Part shown: positions 25,151-34,874 of the stretch, one piece after another
Position numbering within the stretch: position 1 is the first letter of the stretch
Layout: every line of letters begins with the position of its first letter
Origin: Oscillospiraceae bacterium
GTDB lineage: Bacteria > Bacillota > Clostridia > Oscillospirales > SIG627
Assembly: GCA_015065265.1 (NCBI GenBank)
Contig: SVQQ01000001.1
Location: 5,544-69,543, forward strand
DNA length: 64,000 bases
Reading direction: 5' to 3'
Position numbers and translations under genes: made by a program
Notes under the pieces: model-generated
The model's input: the letters and a program-made list of their open reading frames with translations, nothing else
Told to the model about the DNA's origin: nothing
Database searches by the model: none

Positions 25151-26827
25151 ATGGCAAAAACAAAAAAGCAAAAACTTAAAATAACACCTCTTGGCGGTAT
25201 AGGTGAAGTAGGAAAGAACCTTACTGCCATAGAGTATGGCGACGATATGATTATCGTCGACTGCGGACTTGGTTTTCCCGACGACGATATGCTGGGAATA
25301 GACCTTGTCATTCCCGACATCACCTATCTTGAAAAGAATTGCGAAAAAATCCGCGCGATTTTCTTAACCCACGGACACGAAGACCATATCGGTGCAATTC
25401 CCTACGTTTTGAGAAGTATTAACGTACCTATCTACGGTACGAGACTCACCCTTGGAATACTTGCACAAAAACTTGAAGAACATCACCTTGAAAAAATCGC
25501 ACAACTTCACTGCATAAAGGCAGGAACGGTTACAAAAATCGGAGCCTTTACCCTTGAAGCAGTAAGAGTTAACCACTCTATTGCCGATAGCGTTGCCTAC
25601 GCTATAACTACCCCTGTTGGAACGGTGGTATTCAGTGGAGACTTTAAGATTGACATAACTCCGATTGATGGAGAAATGACCGACCTTACCCGCTTTGGCG
25701 AACTTGGTAAAAAAGGAGTTCTCGCACTGTTCTGCGAATCCACTAACGCCGAACGTCCCGGTTTTACCCCCTCTGAGAGAATAGTAGGTAAAAGCCTTGA
25801 CACGATTTTTGCAAACACCTCAAAGCGTGTAACCATCGCCACCTTTTCATCTAACGTGCACCGTGTTCAGCAGATAATTAACGCCAGTGAAAAGTTTGGC
25901 AGAAAAATTGCCATTACAGGCAGAAGTATGACAAGTGTAGTAAAGGCTGCAACAGCCCTTGGATATATGCACATTCCCGAAGGAATGCTTATTGGAATTG
26001 AGGAAATGAAGCGTTTCAGACCCGACCAGATAACCCTCATTACCACAGGCAGTCAGGGAGAACCTATGAGCGCCCTCTACCGAATGACCTATTCCGAACA
26101 CGAAAGAGTTAAGGTGAATTTAGGACACGACGACCTTGTTGTAATATCTGCCACTCCCATTCCCGGCAACGAAAAACTTGTCAGCGGTATAATAAACGAA
26201 CTTCTCCGCAAGGGCGTTGAAGTCGTATATAATCAGGTAGCAGACGTACACGTTTCAGGTCACGCCTGTCAGGACGAAATCAAACTTTTAACAGCACTCC
26301 TTAAACCCCGATTTTTCGTGCCTATGCACGGAGAATATAAGCACCTAATCAGCAATAAGGCTTTGGCAAGGCAGGTGGGTATTCCCGAAGACAATATCCT
26401 CATTCCCGAAATCGGAAAGACCATTGAACTTGACGCAAGGAGCATCAAGGCAGGACAGAGTGTTCCGTCGGGAAAAGTTCTGGTGGACGGATATGGAGTA
26501 GGTGACGTTGGAAGCGTGGTACTTCGGGACAGAAAACATCTTGCCCAAGACGGACTCATAGTCGTGGTTGTGGCAATCGACGTTGAAGGCGGCTACGTGC
26601 TTTCAGGACCCGATATCGTGTCAAGAGGTTTTGTATACGTAAAGGAATCTGAATCTCTTATGGAAAGCGTAAAGGCGGCGGCGTCAAATTCTATTGAAAA
26701 GACTCTGGGTTCAGGAAACTGCGACTACAACGCCATAAAATCCAATTTAAGAGACGACCTTACAAAACTCTTATATAATAAGACAAAACGCAAACCTATG
26801 ATATTACCCATCATAATGGACGTTTAA
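25151..26827 (+). CDS. rnj: ribonuclease J
   Basis: Beta-lactamase/beta-CASP fold: THGHEDHIGA, a size of 558 aa, and the N-terminal block KITPLGGIGEVGKN. Confidence 0.9.
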   Translation: MAKTKKQKLKITPLGGIGEVGKNLTAIEYGDDMIIVDCGLGFPDDDMLGIDLVIPDITYLEKNCEKIRAIFLTHGHEDHIGAIPYVLRSINVPIYGTRLTLGILAQKLEEHHLEKIAQLHCIKAGTVTKIGAFTLEAVRVNHSIADSVAYAITTPVGTVVFSGDFKIDITPIDGEMTDLTRFGELGKKGVLALFCESTNAERPGFTPSERIVGKSLDTIFANTSKRVTIATFSSNVHRVQQIINASEKFGRKIAITGRSMTSVVKAATALGYMHIPEGMLIGIEEMKRFRPDQITLITTGSQGEPMSALYRMTYSEHERVKVNLGHDDLVVISATPIPGNEKLVSGIINELLRKGVEVVYNQVADVHVSGHACQDEIKLLTALLKPRFFVPMHGEYKHLISNKALARQVGIPEDNILIPEIGKTIELDARSIKAGQSVPSGKVLVDGYGVGDVGSVVLRDRKHLAQDGLIVVVVAIDVEGGYVLSGPDIVSRGFVYVKESESLMESVKAAASNSIEKTLGSGNCDYNAIKSNLRDDLTKLLYNKTKRKPMILPIIMDV

Positions 26828-26918
26828 TAACGTCAATTTTGGGTAAAAGTAAAAACTTCTCTGTGAGAATTCACAGAGAATACATAAAAAACGAAATAAA
26901 AAACGGAGGTAAATTTAT

Positions 26919-27233
26919 ATGAAACTCATATTTGCAGTAGTTAACAACGACGACGGTAACAACGTGTGTGCCGAACTTATAAAAGCAGGATTCAGTGTTA
27001 CCAAAATGGCATCGACAGGCGGATTTTTGAAAAAAGGCAACGTAACCTTTTTCACCGCGGTAGAAGACGATAAAGTAGATGAAGTTCTTGAAATAATAAA
27101 GACTCACAGTCAGAAGAGAACCTATCATATAAATGCCGATTTGACAATCGGTGCTCCCGTGACACCTATGGAAGTAACTATAGGCGGTGCCACCGTGTTT
27201 GTAACGGACATTGAAAGATTTGAGAGAGTTTAA
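26919..27233 (+). CDS. darA: PII-like cyclic-di-AMP receptor DarA (YaaQ)
   Basis: MKLIFAVVNNDD...VTKMASTGGFLKKGNVTFF closely parallels B. subtilis YaaQ. It sits upstream of holB, as in Bacillus. Confidence 0.85.
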   Translation: MKLIFAVVNNDDGNNVCAELIKAGFSVTKMASTGGFLKKGNVTFFTAVEDDKVDEVLEIIKTHSQKRTYHINADLTIGAPVTPMEVTIGGATVFVTDIERFERV

Positions 27234-28217
27234 ATGAGTTTTATCATAGGGAATAAGACTCTGCTTTCAGAATTTGAAAATCTTAAAAAAAGCGGAAGAA
27301 TAAGCCACTCGTATATCATAGAAGGGGCAAAAGGAAGCGGACGACTGACCCTCGCACGTGCCCTTTCTGCTATGATTTTGTGTGGCAGTACCCCCTTTTG
27401 CGAAAAGTGTGACACTTGTAATAAGGTTTTACAGGGAATTCATCAGGACGTAAGAGAACTGATACCCGAATTAGACCCCGGTGTTATAAAGATTGACGAT
27501 ATCCGTGAAGTAATCAAAGAAACACATATAAAACCTGCCGAGAGCGACAAAAAGATATTCATAATCGAGAATGCCCAGCAAATGAATATTCCCGCCCAGA
27601 ACGCACTTCTTCAAACCTTTGAAGAAGCCCCCAAAAACGTAATCTTCTTTTTACTTGTAACAAACAGGAATTTACTTCTTCCCACTATAAAATCAAGAGC
27701 AGTCACCCTGAAAAGTGAAAGACTGCCAGAAGAAGTGATAAAAAAAGAACTTGAAAGACGTTACCCTAAAAAAACCGACATTATAGACGAAGCGGTACTC
27801 TTGTCCGACGGAGCCTTGGGGGCAGGAATTTTAGTTATGGAAAACGGAGAAATGGGGAAAGCGGTAAGCGTTGTAAAGAGTTACTTTACCGCCCTTGATA
27901 CCGACCCCACCTTCTTAAACCTTTCCGAGATACTTGGTAAAAAGGTGTCAGAGGACAGAAAATTTATGTTCTGGGTACTCACCTATTTTTCCTCGGCTTT
28001 AAGAGACGTGTTGGTTTTGCCTGTGTCCCCCGACACGAAACCTATGTTCTTCACAGACAGACAAATGTGTGACAGACTTTCAAAGGTACTTAAAAAAGAA
28101 CAAATATTTGAAGTATATAACACCATTACCACGGTATTGCAGAATTTTGCAAAAATAAATACGGTCTCGGCACTTGCCAATATCAATATGGCAATGTCGT
28201 CAGACTTTTCTAAATAA
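27234..28217 (+). CDS. holB: DNA polymerase III delta' subunit
   Basis: SHSYIIEGAKGSGR, CxxCxxC (CEKCDTC), and QNALLQTFEEAP followed by TIKSR. Confidence 0.85.
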   Translation: MSFIIGNKTLLSEFENLKKSGRISHSYIIEGAKGSGRLTLARALSAMILCGSTPFCEKCDTCNKVLQGIHQDVRELIPELDPGVIKIDDIREVIKETHIKPAESDKKIFIIENAQQMNIPAQNALLQTFEEAPKNVIFFLLVTNRNLLLPTIKSRAVTLKSERLPEEVIKKELERRYPKKTDIIDEAVLLSDGALGAGILVMENGEMGKAVSVVKSYFTALDTDPTFLNLSEILGKKVSEDRKFMFWVLTYFSSALRDVLVLPVSPDTKPMFFTDRQMCDRLSKVLKKEQIFEVYNTITTVLQNFAKINTVSALANINMAMSSDFSK

Positions 28218-28231
28218 AAAGGAAACGATAG

Positions 28232-29131
28232 ATGGAAAATAACATTAACAACGAAAACGCTATCACCGAAACTTTAGACAGTTACGAAATAATCGGCGTC
28301 AGATTCAAAGAGGTAGGTAAGATTTATTACTTCGACCCCGCAGGACTCAAATTTTCTGTGGGCGACAAGGTAATAGTTGAAACCTCACGAGGTGTAGAAT
28401 ACGGTAACGTCCTTGTGTCAAATAAGACCGTAGGTCCCGAGGACGTGGTACTCCCCTTGAAAAAGGTAGTAAGACGTGCCACCAAAGAAGACGCACAGAG
28501 ATATGAAGAAAACGAAAAGGTGGCGGAAGGAGCCAAGTCAATCTTCCGTGAAAAGTGTGCAGAACACAAACTTGAAATGGATTTAGTTGACGTGGAAATG
28601 ACCTTCGACAACTCAAAACTCCTTTTCTATTTCACCTCAGAGGGCAGAGTAGATTTCAGAGAATTCGTAAAGGACCTTGCCGCAGTTTTCAAAACGAGAA
28701 TAGAACTCAGACAGATAGGAGTCCGTGACGAAGCAAAGCAGATGGGCGGTCTTGGAATATGTGGCAGAGATTTCTGTTGCCACTCCTTCCTTTCCGACTT
28801 TGATCAGGTTTCCATAAAAATGGCAAAAGAACAGGGCCTCAGCCTTAACTCTGCCAAGATTTCGGGCACTTGCGGAAGACTGATGTGTTGTCTGAGATAC
28901 GAAAACGACGTTTACGAAGAGGAAATAAAGAAGACACCCAAGGTGGGTGCTGTCGTATCCACCCCGTCGGGTAAGGGAGTTGTTGTGGACTCAAATCCTC
29001 TTGCAGGAATAATTAAGGTCAGCCTTGACCAGAACAGAGACGCTTCTCCCGTACAGTTTATAAGAGAGCAGGTAAAGGTACTTGCTAACAAAAAAGGTGA
29101 ACAACAGGCGGAGGAAGAAGTAAATTTGTAA
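28232..29131 (+). CDS. ricT: PSP1-domain protein RicT (YaaT)
   Basis: A PSP1 C-terminal domain carries the Cys cluster GICGRDFCCHSFL...CGRLMCCLRYE. It follows holB. Confidence 0.85.
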   Translation: MENNINNENAITETLDSYEIIGVRFKEVGKIYYFDPAGLKFSVGDKVIVETSRGVEYGNVLVSNKTVGPEDVVLPLKKVVRRATKEDAQRYEENEKVAEGAKSIFREKCAEHKLEMDLVDVEMTFDNSKLLFYFTSEGRVDFREFVKDLAAVFKTRIELRQIGVRDEAKQMGGLGICGRDFCCHSFLSDFDQVSIKMAKEQGLSLNSAKISGTCGRLMCCLRYENDVYEEEIKKTPKVGAVVSTPSGKGVVVDSNPLAGIIKVSLDQNRDASPVQFIREQVKVLANKKGEQQAEEEVNL

Positions 29132-29170
29132 TAAATTTTCAAAAAAATTAAAAAATTTTTTGAAAATCTA

Positions 29171-29199
29171 TTTATATTCTTAAACAAGTATGTTACAAT
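29171..29199 (+). promoter_or_regulatory. candidate extended -10 promoter of the ferredoxin gene
   Basis: TTTATA (29171-29176), a 17-nt spacer with TGt, then TACAAT (29194-29199). Confidence 0.4.
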
Positions 29200-29235
29200 A
29201 TGCCAAGTAACAATGAAGAAATGGAGGAAAACACA

Positions 29236-29406
29236 ATGGCTTACAAAATCACAGATGATTGCATCAACTGCGGCGCTTGTATCAGCGAATGTCCTGTTGA
29301 ATGTATTGTTGAGGGCGACTCAAAGGCTGTAATCGATGCAGACCAGTGCATTGACTGCGGAACTTGCGCAGGTGTATGCCCCGTTAACGCTCCTAAGGCT
29401 GAATAA
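29236..29406 (+). CDS. 2x[4Fe-4S] ferredoxin
   Basis: MAYKITDDCINCGACISECP...CIDCGTCAGVCP. GGAGG lies upstream of ATG 29236. Confidence 0.9.
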   Translation: MAYKITDDCINCGACISECPVECIVEGDSKAVIDADQCIDCGTCAGVCPVNAPKAE

Positions 29407-29425
29407 TCAATGCCTCGAGCAAACA

Positions 29426-29461
29426 TTCTGCCACAGGACACCCTGTGGCAGAAACTTTTTG
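29426..29461 (+). terminator. intrinsic terminator after the ferredoxin gene
   Basis: A 12-bp stem TTCTGCCACAGG / CCTGTGGCAGAA with loop ACAC, followed by ACTTTTTG. Confidence 0.8.
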
Positions 29462-29490
29462 TAATATAATTCATTCCGAAAGGATATAAG

Positions 29491-31296
29491 ATGTATAAAC
29501 CCGAGAATATAAGAAACTTTTCCATAATTGCCCACATAGACCATGGCAAAAGTACCCTTGCCGACAGACTTCTCGAACACACGGGAACCGTCACAAGTCG
29601 TGAAATGGAAGAACAACTTCTTGACAATATGGAACTTGAAAGGGAAAGAGGAATTACCATAAAGGCACGTGCCGTAAAACTTGAATATACGGCAAAGGAC
29701 GGTGAAGTGTATAACTTAAACCTTATAGACACCCCAGGCCACGTTGACTTTAACTATGAGGTGTCACGTTCACTTTCCGCCTGTGAGGGCGCTTTACTTG
29801 TAGTTGACGCTTCTCAGGGAATAGAAGCCCAGACTCTTGCAAACACCTACCTTGCCCTTGACAGTGACCTTGAAATAATACCCGTTATAAATAAAATAGA
29901 CTTGCCCTCGGCACAGCCCGAAAAAGTTAAATCGGAAATTGAAGACGTAATCGGTATCCCTGCCGACTACGCTCCTTGCATTTCGGCAAAAACGGGACTC
30001 AATATAGAGTCTGTGCTTGAGGCAATAGTAAAATACGTTCCCGCCCCCAAGACAGACGTCGACGCTCCCTTAAAAGCCTTGATTTTCGATGCAGTTTACG
30101 ACTCCTATCGAGGAGTTATCGTCTACGTGCGCATTTTTGAAGGTAAACTTTCGGTAGGGCAGAAGATACGTATGATGAATACGGGCGCTGAATTTGAAGT
30201 AGTGGAAGTAGGGCACCTAAGACCCTTTGGCCTTGAATCAAAAAGTGAGGTTATGGCAGGGGAGGTCGCCTACATTACCGCAAGTATCAAGTCTCTGTCG
30301 GAAACTAACGTAGGTGACACCGTAACCCTTGCGGAAAACCCCGCAAAAGAGGCTTTCCCCGGCTATAAAAAAGCACTTCCCATGGTGTATAGCGGTGTAT
30401 ATCCTGCAGATGGCGCAAGGTATTCAGACCTTCGTGACGCCCTTGAAAAATTGCAACTTAACGACGCTTCTCTTGTCTTTGAGGCGGAAAGTTCAATCGC
30501 CCTGGGCTTTGGTTTCAGATGCGGTTTCCTTGGCCTTTTGCATATGGAGGTAATTCAGGACAGACTGGAACGTGAATTCAATCTTGACCTCATTACCACC
30601 GCACCAGGCGTTATTTATAAGATAATAATGAAGAATGGTGAAGTGAAGTTCATTGATAACCCTCATAATTTCCCCACAGGCGACGAGGCGGAAGAAACCC
30701 TTGAACCTATTGTAAAAGCGGCAATTCTCACCCCCGTTGAATACGTGGGCACTATTATGGAACTCTGTCAGGAAAGACGAGGGGTATTCAAGGATATGAA
30801 GTATATCACCTCCGACCGTGCAGAACTTCATTATAGCCTTCCTCTAAACGAAATTATATACGACTTCTTCGATGCCTTGAAGTCAAGAACTAAGGGATAC
30901 GCTTCCCTTGACTATGAACTTGCAGGATACGAAAAGTCAAACCTTGTAAAACTTGATATATTGCTTAACGGAAGCGTTGTGGACGCCCTGTCCTTTATAG
31001 TGCATTCCGAAAAGGCATATACAAGAGCAAGAAAAATAGTAGAAAAACTCAAAGAAAATATACCTCGCCAACTTTTTGAAATTCCCGTACAGGCGGCAAT
31101 AGGCGGTAAAGTTATAGCCCGTGAAACAGTTAAGGCTATGCGTAAAGACGTCCTTGCAAAGTGTTATGGCGGTGACATAACAAGAAAGAAAAAACTTCTT
31201 GAAAAACAAAAAGAAGGTAAAAAGAAAATGCGTTCTCTCGGTACTGTGGAAGTACCTCAGGAAGCCTTTATGGCGGTGCTTAAATTCGATGAATAG
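29491..31296 (+). CDS. lepA: elongation factor 4 (LepA)
   Basis: [30 protein letters not shown], and the LepA-specific C-terminus. Confidence 0.95.
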   Translation: MYKPENIRNFSIIAHIDHGKSTLADRLLEHTGTVTSREMEEQLLDNMELERERGITIKARAVKLEYTAKDGEVYNLNLIDTPGHVDFNYEVSRSLSACEGALLVVDASQGIEAQTLANTYLALDSDLEIIPVINKIDLPSAQPEKVKSEIEDVIGIPADYAPCISAKTGLNIESVLEAIVKYVPAPKTDVDAPLKALIFDAVYDSYRGVIVYVRIFEGKLSVGQKIRMMNTGAEFEVVEVGHLRPFGLESKSEVMAGEVAYITASIKSLSETNVGDTVTLAENPAKEAFPGYKKALPMVYSGVYPADGARYSDLRDALEKLQLNDASLVFEAESSIALGFGFRCGFLGLLHMEVIQDRLEREFNLDLITTAPGVIYKIIMKNGEVKFIDNPHNFPTGDEAEETLEPIVKAAILTPVEYVGTIMELCQERRGVFKDMKYITSDRAELHYSLPLNEIIYDFFDALKSRTKGYASLDYELAGYEKSNLVKLDILLNGSVVDALSFIVHSEKAYTRARKIVEKLKENIPRQLFEIPVQAAIGGKVIARETVKAMRKDVLAKCYGGDITRKKKLLEKQKEGKKKMRSLGTVEVPQEAFMAVLKFDE

Positions 31297-32416
31297 GGGA
31301 CTGTATATCCATTTTCCTTTCTGCGAAAAGAAGTGCGCCTACTGTAATTTTTACTCTGTCTGCGACACTTCCAAAGAAGAGGAGTATATAAAGGCAATAA
31401 TAAGGGAAATTTCCGCCTTCAAAGGCAGAAATATCACTATTGACACTCTGTATTTTGGCGGCGGTACCCCCTCTTTGATGAAAGGGGAAAGCGTCAGAGG
31501 GATTATTGATGCGGTAAAAGAGTCTTTTGTGCTGTTAAAAGACTCCGAAATTACCCTTGAACTTAACCCTGTGTCTTTAAAAGACGAAAATAAACTTTCA
31601 GACTTCAAAAATGCAGGGATAAACAGACTGAGTATCGGTGTACAGAGTTTTAATGACCGTGAACTTCTCGCCCTTTCAAGAGGGCACAGTGCAAAAGAGG
31701 CGGAAAGTACAATAGAGAGGGCACGACTTGCAGGTTTTGATAATATTTCCGTTGACCTGATGTTCGGAATTCCTTACCAGACAGTAGAGAGTTTTGAAGA
31801 AACTCTTTTAAAAGCCTTGTCTTTGAACGTAAACCACGTATCCCTTTACGCCCTGTCCATAGAAGAAAAGACTGTTTTCGGTGTAAAGGAAAAAAGGGGA
31901 GTGGACCTTGGTCTTCCCGATGAGGACACCTTGTGCGAAATGTACTTTACTGCTTGTGAAATCTTAAAGAAGAATGGCTTTGAGCACTATGAAATATCAA
32001 ACTTCGCAAAGGAAAACTTCCGTTCCCGTCACAACGAAAAGTACTGGAAAAGCCTTGAATATATAGGAATAGGCGCTTCTGCACATTCCTATTTTGAAAA
32101 CACAAGGTACTCTTTTTCCGACAGTGTAGACCGCTTTTTAGAAGGAGCGACAAAAGAAGACGTCTATGAAAACACAAAAAAAGACAGAGCCGAGGAATTT
32201 GTGTTTCTGTCTTTGAGGCTCAGTGACGGACTTGATTTAAATGAGCTTGAAGAAAAATACGGTGTTCACGTAACTGAGGACTTTCAAGAAAAAATTAAAC
32301 CTCTTTTGGAATTGAAACTGCTCAATTTCTCAAACAATAGAGTATCTTTAAGTGAAAAAGGATTTTTTCTTTCAAATTCAGTAATCGTTCAAATTCTTGA
32401 AATTTTAAATTTATAA
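31289..32416 (+). CDS. hemW: radical-SAM heme chaperone HemW (HemN-like)
   Basis: [21 protein letters not shown] contains CxxxCxxC. The start overlaps the lepA stop by 8 nt, the conserved lepA-hemW arrangement. Confidence 0.85.
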   Translation: MNRGLYIHFPFCEKKCAYCNFYSVCDTSKEEEYIKAIIREISAFKGRNITIDTLYFGGGTPSLMKGESVRGIIDAVKESFVLLKDSEITLELNPVSLKDENKLSDFKNAGINRLSIGVQSFNDRELLALSRGHSAKEAESTIERARLAGFDNISVDLMFGIPYQTVESFEETLLKALSLNVNHVSLYALSIEEKTVFGVKEKRGVDLGLPDEDTLCEMYFTACEILKKNGFEHYEISNFAKENFRSRHNEKYWKSLEYIGIGASAHSYFENTRYSFSDSVDRFLEGATKEDVYENTKKDRAEEFVFLSLRLSDGLDLNELEEKYGVHVTEDFQEKIKPLLELKLLNFSNNRVSLSEKGFFLSNSVIVQILEILNL

Positions 32417-32517
32417 AAAGTTGCAAAACTCTTTACAAAACCTAAAATTTGTGATAACATATTAAATAGAGAAAAAATCTACTGATTTTTTATGCAAATT
32501 TTAAAAAGGAGAAAATC

Positions 32518-33993
32518 ATGAAAAGAATTTTATCTTTAGTGCTTGTACTCGTAATGCTCTTTTCTGCAGTTGTAATGACCCTTACTTCTTGCGGTGAAGA
32601 CAAAAAACCTGCAGATGTCAAGCCGAATAATAATCAGAATGGCGGCGGAGAGTCCGAAGACAGCATCTATGCTGAACGTGAGGCAATCGACGACGAACTT
32701 CCCGAAAGAGATTATAAGGGAAGAACCTTCAGAATCGCTTCCCCCAGACCTACCGAAATTAAGGTAAGTGAAACCGCTATCAATAAGGGTAACCTTATCC
32801 TTGACGCGAAATATGACAGAAACCAGGCAGTTGAAAACAGATTTAACGTAAATGTTGAAGTTGTTTACGGTTCTACTGCTACCTCAGAAGTTAACACCTA
32901 CGTAGCAAAGACCATTCTTTCAGGTGTAGATGAATTCGACCTCTTCATCGGTCACCAGGGTTCAACAGGTGCGCTGGTACTTAAAAACCTTTTCACCAAC
33001 TGGTATGACATCGACTACGTTGACTTTGACAAACCTTGGTGGGCAGACTCATGTAAAGATGAACTTACATACGACGGAAAAGCAATTCTTGCAGTTTCCG
33101 ACCTCAACCATCAGGCTATTGAATGTACCTATGCAATGTTCTTCAACAAGAGCATGGCAGCATCCTATGAGCTTGGTAACCTTTATAACATAGCTCTTAA
33201 TGGCAACTGGACATACGACACATTCTACGGTATGATCAAGGACATCTGGGAAGACGACGGAGACGGCAAGAAGAACTCAAACGACACATTCGGATTTGTT
33301 ACCGACGGTGGCGACCAGACAACTCAGTGGCTCTACGCTTTTGAAAACCCCATTATGACAAAAGACGCAGACGGAGTTCCTCAGATATCTCTTAAGACAA
33401 GTAAGATAAACGATATCGTTAAGAAGATCTACGACCTTAACAACAATACAACAGGTTCGTATTTCCCCAAGGACGATGCTTGGACACGTAGTATGTTTAT
33501 TGAAGGCAAGGCAATGTTCATTATCGCAAGAATTGACTTTGCAGATACACCCGACCTTCGTAACTTTACAGACGATTACGGAATTCTTCCTATTCCCAAG
33601 TACGACGAAAACCAGCAATCTTACCACACAATGTCTTATGCTGAACAGACAGTACTTGCAGTACCCAAGACCGCAAAAGACCTTGAATTTGTAGGTATCA
33701 TCACAGAAGCACTTTCAGCAGAAAGTTACAAGAAGCTTACTCCTACCTTCTATGAAATCGCTCTTAAATCACGTTACCTTCGTGACGATGAGTCCAAAGA
33801 AGTTCTTGATATCATCATCGAAAACCGTGTATTCGACTTCGGTTACATCTATTCAGGAACAGGTTCATTCGGCTCTGTTCTCCATGACGTTGTTACAGCC
33901 GGTGGTAACTTTGAATCATACTACCAGCAGAAGAGTCGTATAGCCGGTATCCACTATGACAGAGTTATCAAGGCATTCGACAAATTAAGCTAA
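32518..33993 (+). CDS. extracellular solute-binding lipoprotein (sugar ABC-type, large LplA-like class), orphan
   Basis: AAGGAG RBS. Signal peptide with lipobox LTSC. The protein is 491 aa. The gene ends in TAA TAG TAA. Confidence 0.7.
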   Translation: MKRILSLVLVLVMLFSAVVMTLTSCGEDKKPADVKPNNNQNGGGESEDSIYAEREAIDDELPERDYKGRTFRIASPRPTEIKVSETAINKGNLILDAKYDRNQAVENRFNVNVEVVYGSTATSEVNTYVAKTILSGVDEFDLFIGHQGSTGALVLKNLFTNWYDIDYVDFDKPWWADSCKDELTYDGKAILAVSDLNHQAIECTYAMFFNKSMAASYELGNLYNIALNGNWTYDTFYGMIKDIWEDDGDGKKNSNDTFGFVTDGGDQTTQWLYAFENPIMTKDADGVPQISLKTSKINDIVKKIYDLNNNTTGSYFPKDDAWTRSMFIEGKAMFIIARIDFADTPDLRNFTDDYGILPIPKYDENQQSYHTMSYAEQTVLAVPKTAKDLEFVGIITEALSAESYKKLTPTFYEIALKSRYLRDDESKEVLDIIIENRVFDFGYIYSGTGSFGSVLHDVVTAGGNFESYYQQKSRIAGIHYDRVIKAFDKLS

Positions 33994-34012
33994 TAGTAAC
34001 GTTTATATCGTC

Positions 34013-34048
34013 TTTTTGGTTAAAACCGAAATGAAATGACATTATAAA
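34013..34048 (+). repeat. left 36-bp inverted repeat
   Basis: It is the exact reverse complement of 34875-34910. Similarity continues imperfectly through the adjacent hairpin, giving about 85 bp in total. Confidence 0.95.
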
Positions 34049-34056
34049 GATTAAAT

Positions 34057-34096
34057 AAAGCGTAGTCTATAAAAATAGGCTACGCTTTGTTTATTG
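34057..34096 (+). terminator. terminator hairpin serving the solute-binding protein gene
   Basis: AAAGCGTAGTCTAT-AAAA-ATAGGCTACGCTTT followed by GTTTATT. Confidence 0.6.
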
Positions 34097-34118
34097 TCTG
34101 TTCTATTGTACATAGTGT

Positions 34119-34478
34119 AAATGCAGAGTGCAGTCCGACTCGCTTTAGCCTCGCACACTGCTCGGCTACGCTCCCTGTATGGCTTGAATTTTTGTAGGCT
34201 CCGCTAATCGCTACACCACAAAAATCCCCCGCTCAAATGCAGAGTGCAGTCCGACTCGCTTTAGCCTCGCACACTGCTCGGCTACGCTCCCTGTATGGCT
34301 TGAATTTTTGTAGGCTCCGCTAATCGCTACACCACAAAAATCCCCCGCTCAAATGCAGAATGCTGTCCGACTCGCTTTAGCCTCGCACACTGCTCGGCTA
34401 CGCTCCCTGTATGGCTTGAATTTTTGTAGGCTCCGCTAATCGCTACACCACAAAAATCCCCCGCTCAAATGCAAAATG
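34119..34478 (+). repeat. 116-bp tandem repeat, 3 full copies plus a 12-nt start of a fourth
   Basis: The copies are 34119-34234, 34235-34350 (identical to the first) and 34351-34466 (2 substitutions). The period is not a multiple of 3. Confidence 0.95.
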
Positions 34479-34821
34479 CAGAATTAAGGAACAAATGCTT
34501 CGCATTTGAGTTGATTTTATTATAAGTTTAGCGGATTTTCCGCTAAACGTATAAAAAACTAACACTTTTAAAAAAGAAATTTAGTCTATATACAAGGACT
34601 AAACCCAATTTTTTCTAATACTTGTGTCTTTCACTTTTCATTGTAAAAACTTTAGTCTATTGCTCTAAAAATCATAGAATTTTTGAGGAAAAATTCGCAA
34701 TCCCGAAGCCGTCGGCGTACTTATGTACGGCAGTGCGAGGGAGGGCGAAAGAAATGAAACTCAAATAATTCAAAAGAAGTTCTGTAGAACTTCTTACATT
34801 AGAAGAATTGTAAAATGGTAC

Positions 34822-34865
34822 AAAAGAATAAATAAAGCATAGTCTATTTTCATAGACTATGCTTT
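34822..34865 (-). terminator. terminator hairpin serving the Na/Pi cotransporter gene
   Basis: On the minus strand: AAAGCATAGTCTAT-GAAA-ATAGACTATGCTTT followed by ATTTATTCTTTT. Confidence 0.6.
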
Positions 34866-34874
34866 ACTAAACTT

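Noticed and set aside
26857-26880. A 24-nt perfect palindrome (TTCTCTGTGAGAATTCACAGAGAA) after rnj, considered as a terminator.
   Set aside because: It is not followed by a T tract. It may be an RNA-processing or stability hairpin, but I cannot support calling it a terminator.
29132-29170. An AT-only palindrome (ATTTTCAAAAAAATT-AAA-AAATTTTTTGAAAAT) after ricT, considered as a regulatory element.
   Set aside because: The stem consists only of A and T and has low complexity. It could act as a weak terminator, but the sequence alone cannot distinguish that from chance.
34121-34207. A 28-aa ORF (MQSAVRLALASHTARLRSLYGLNFCRLR) that recurs in each 116-bp repeat.
   Set aside because: It has no Shine-Dalgarno sequence, and the repeat period is not a multiple of 3. 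Its recurrence simply follows from the DNA repeat.
34119-34478. A CRISPR array.
   Set aside because: The repeats are 116 bp long and directly abutting, with no unique spacers, and no cas genes are in the window.
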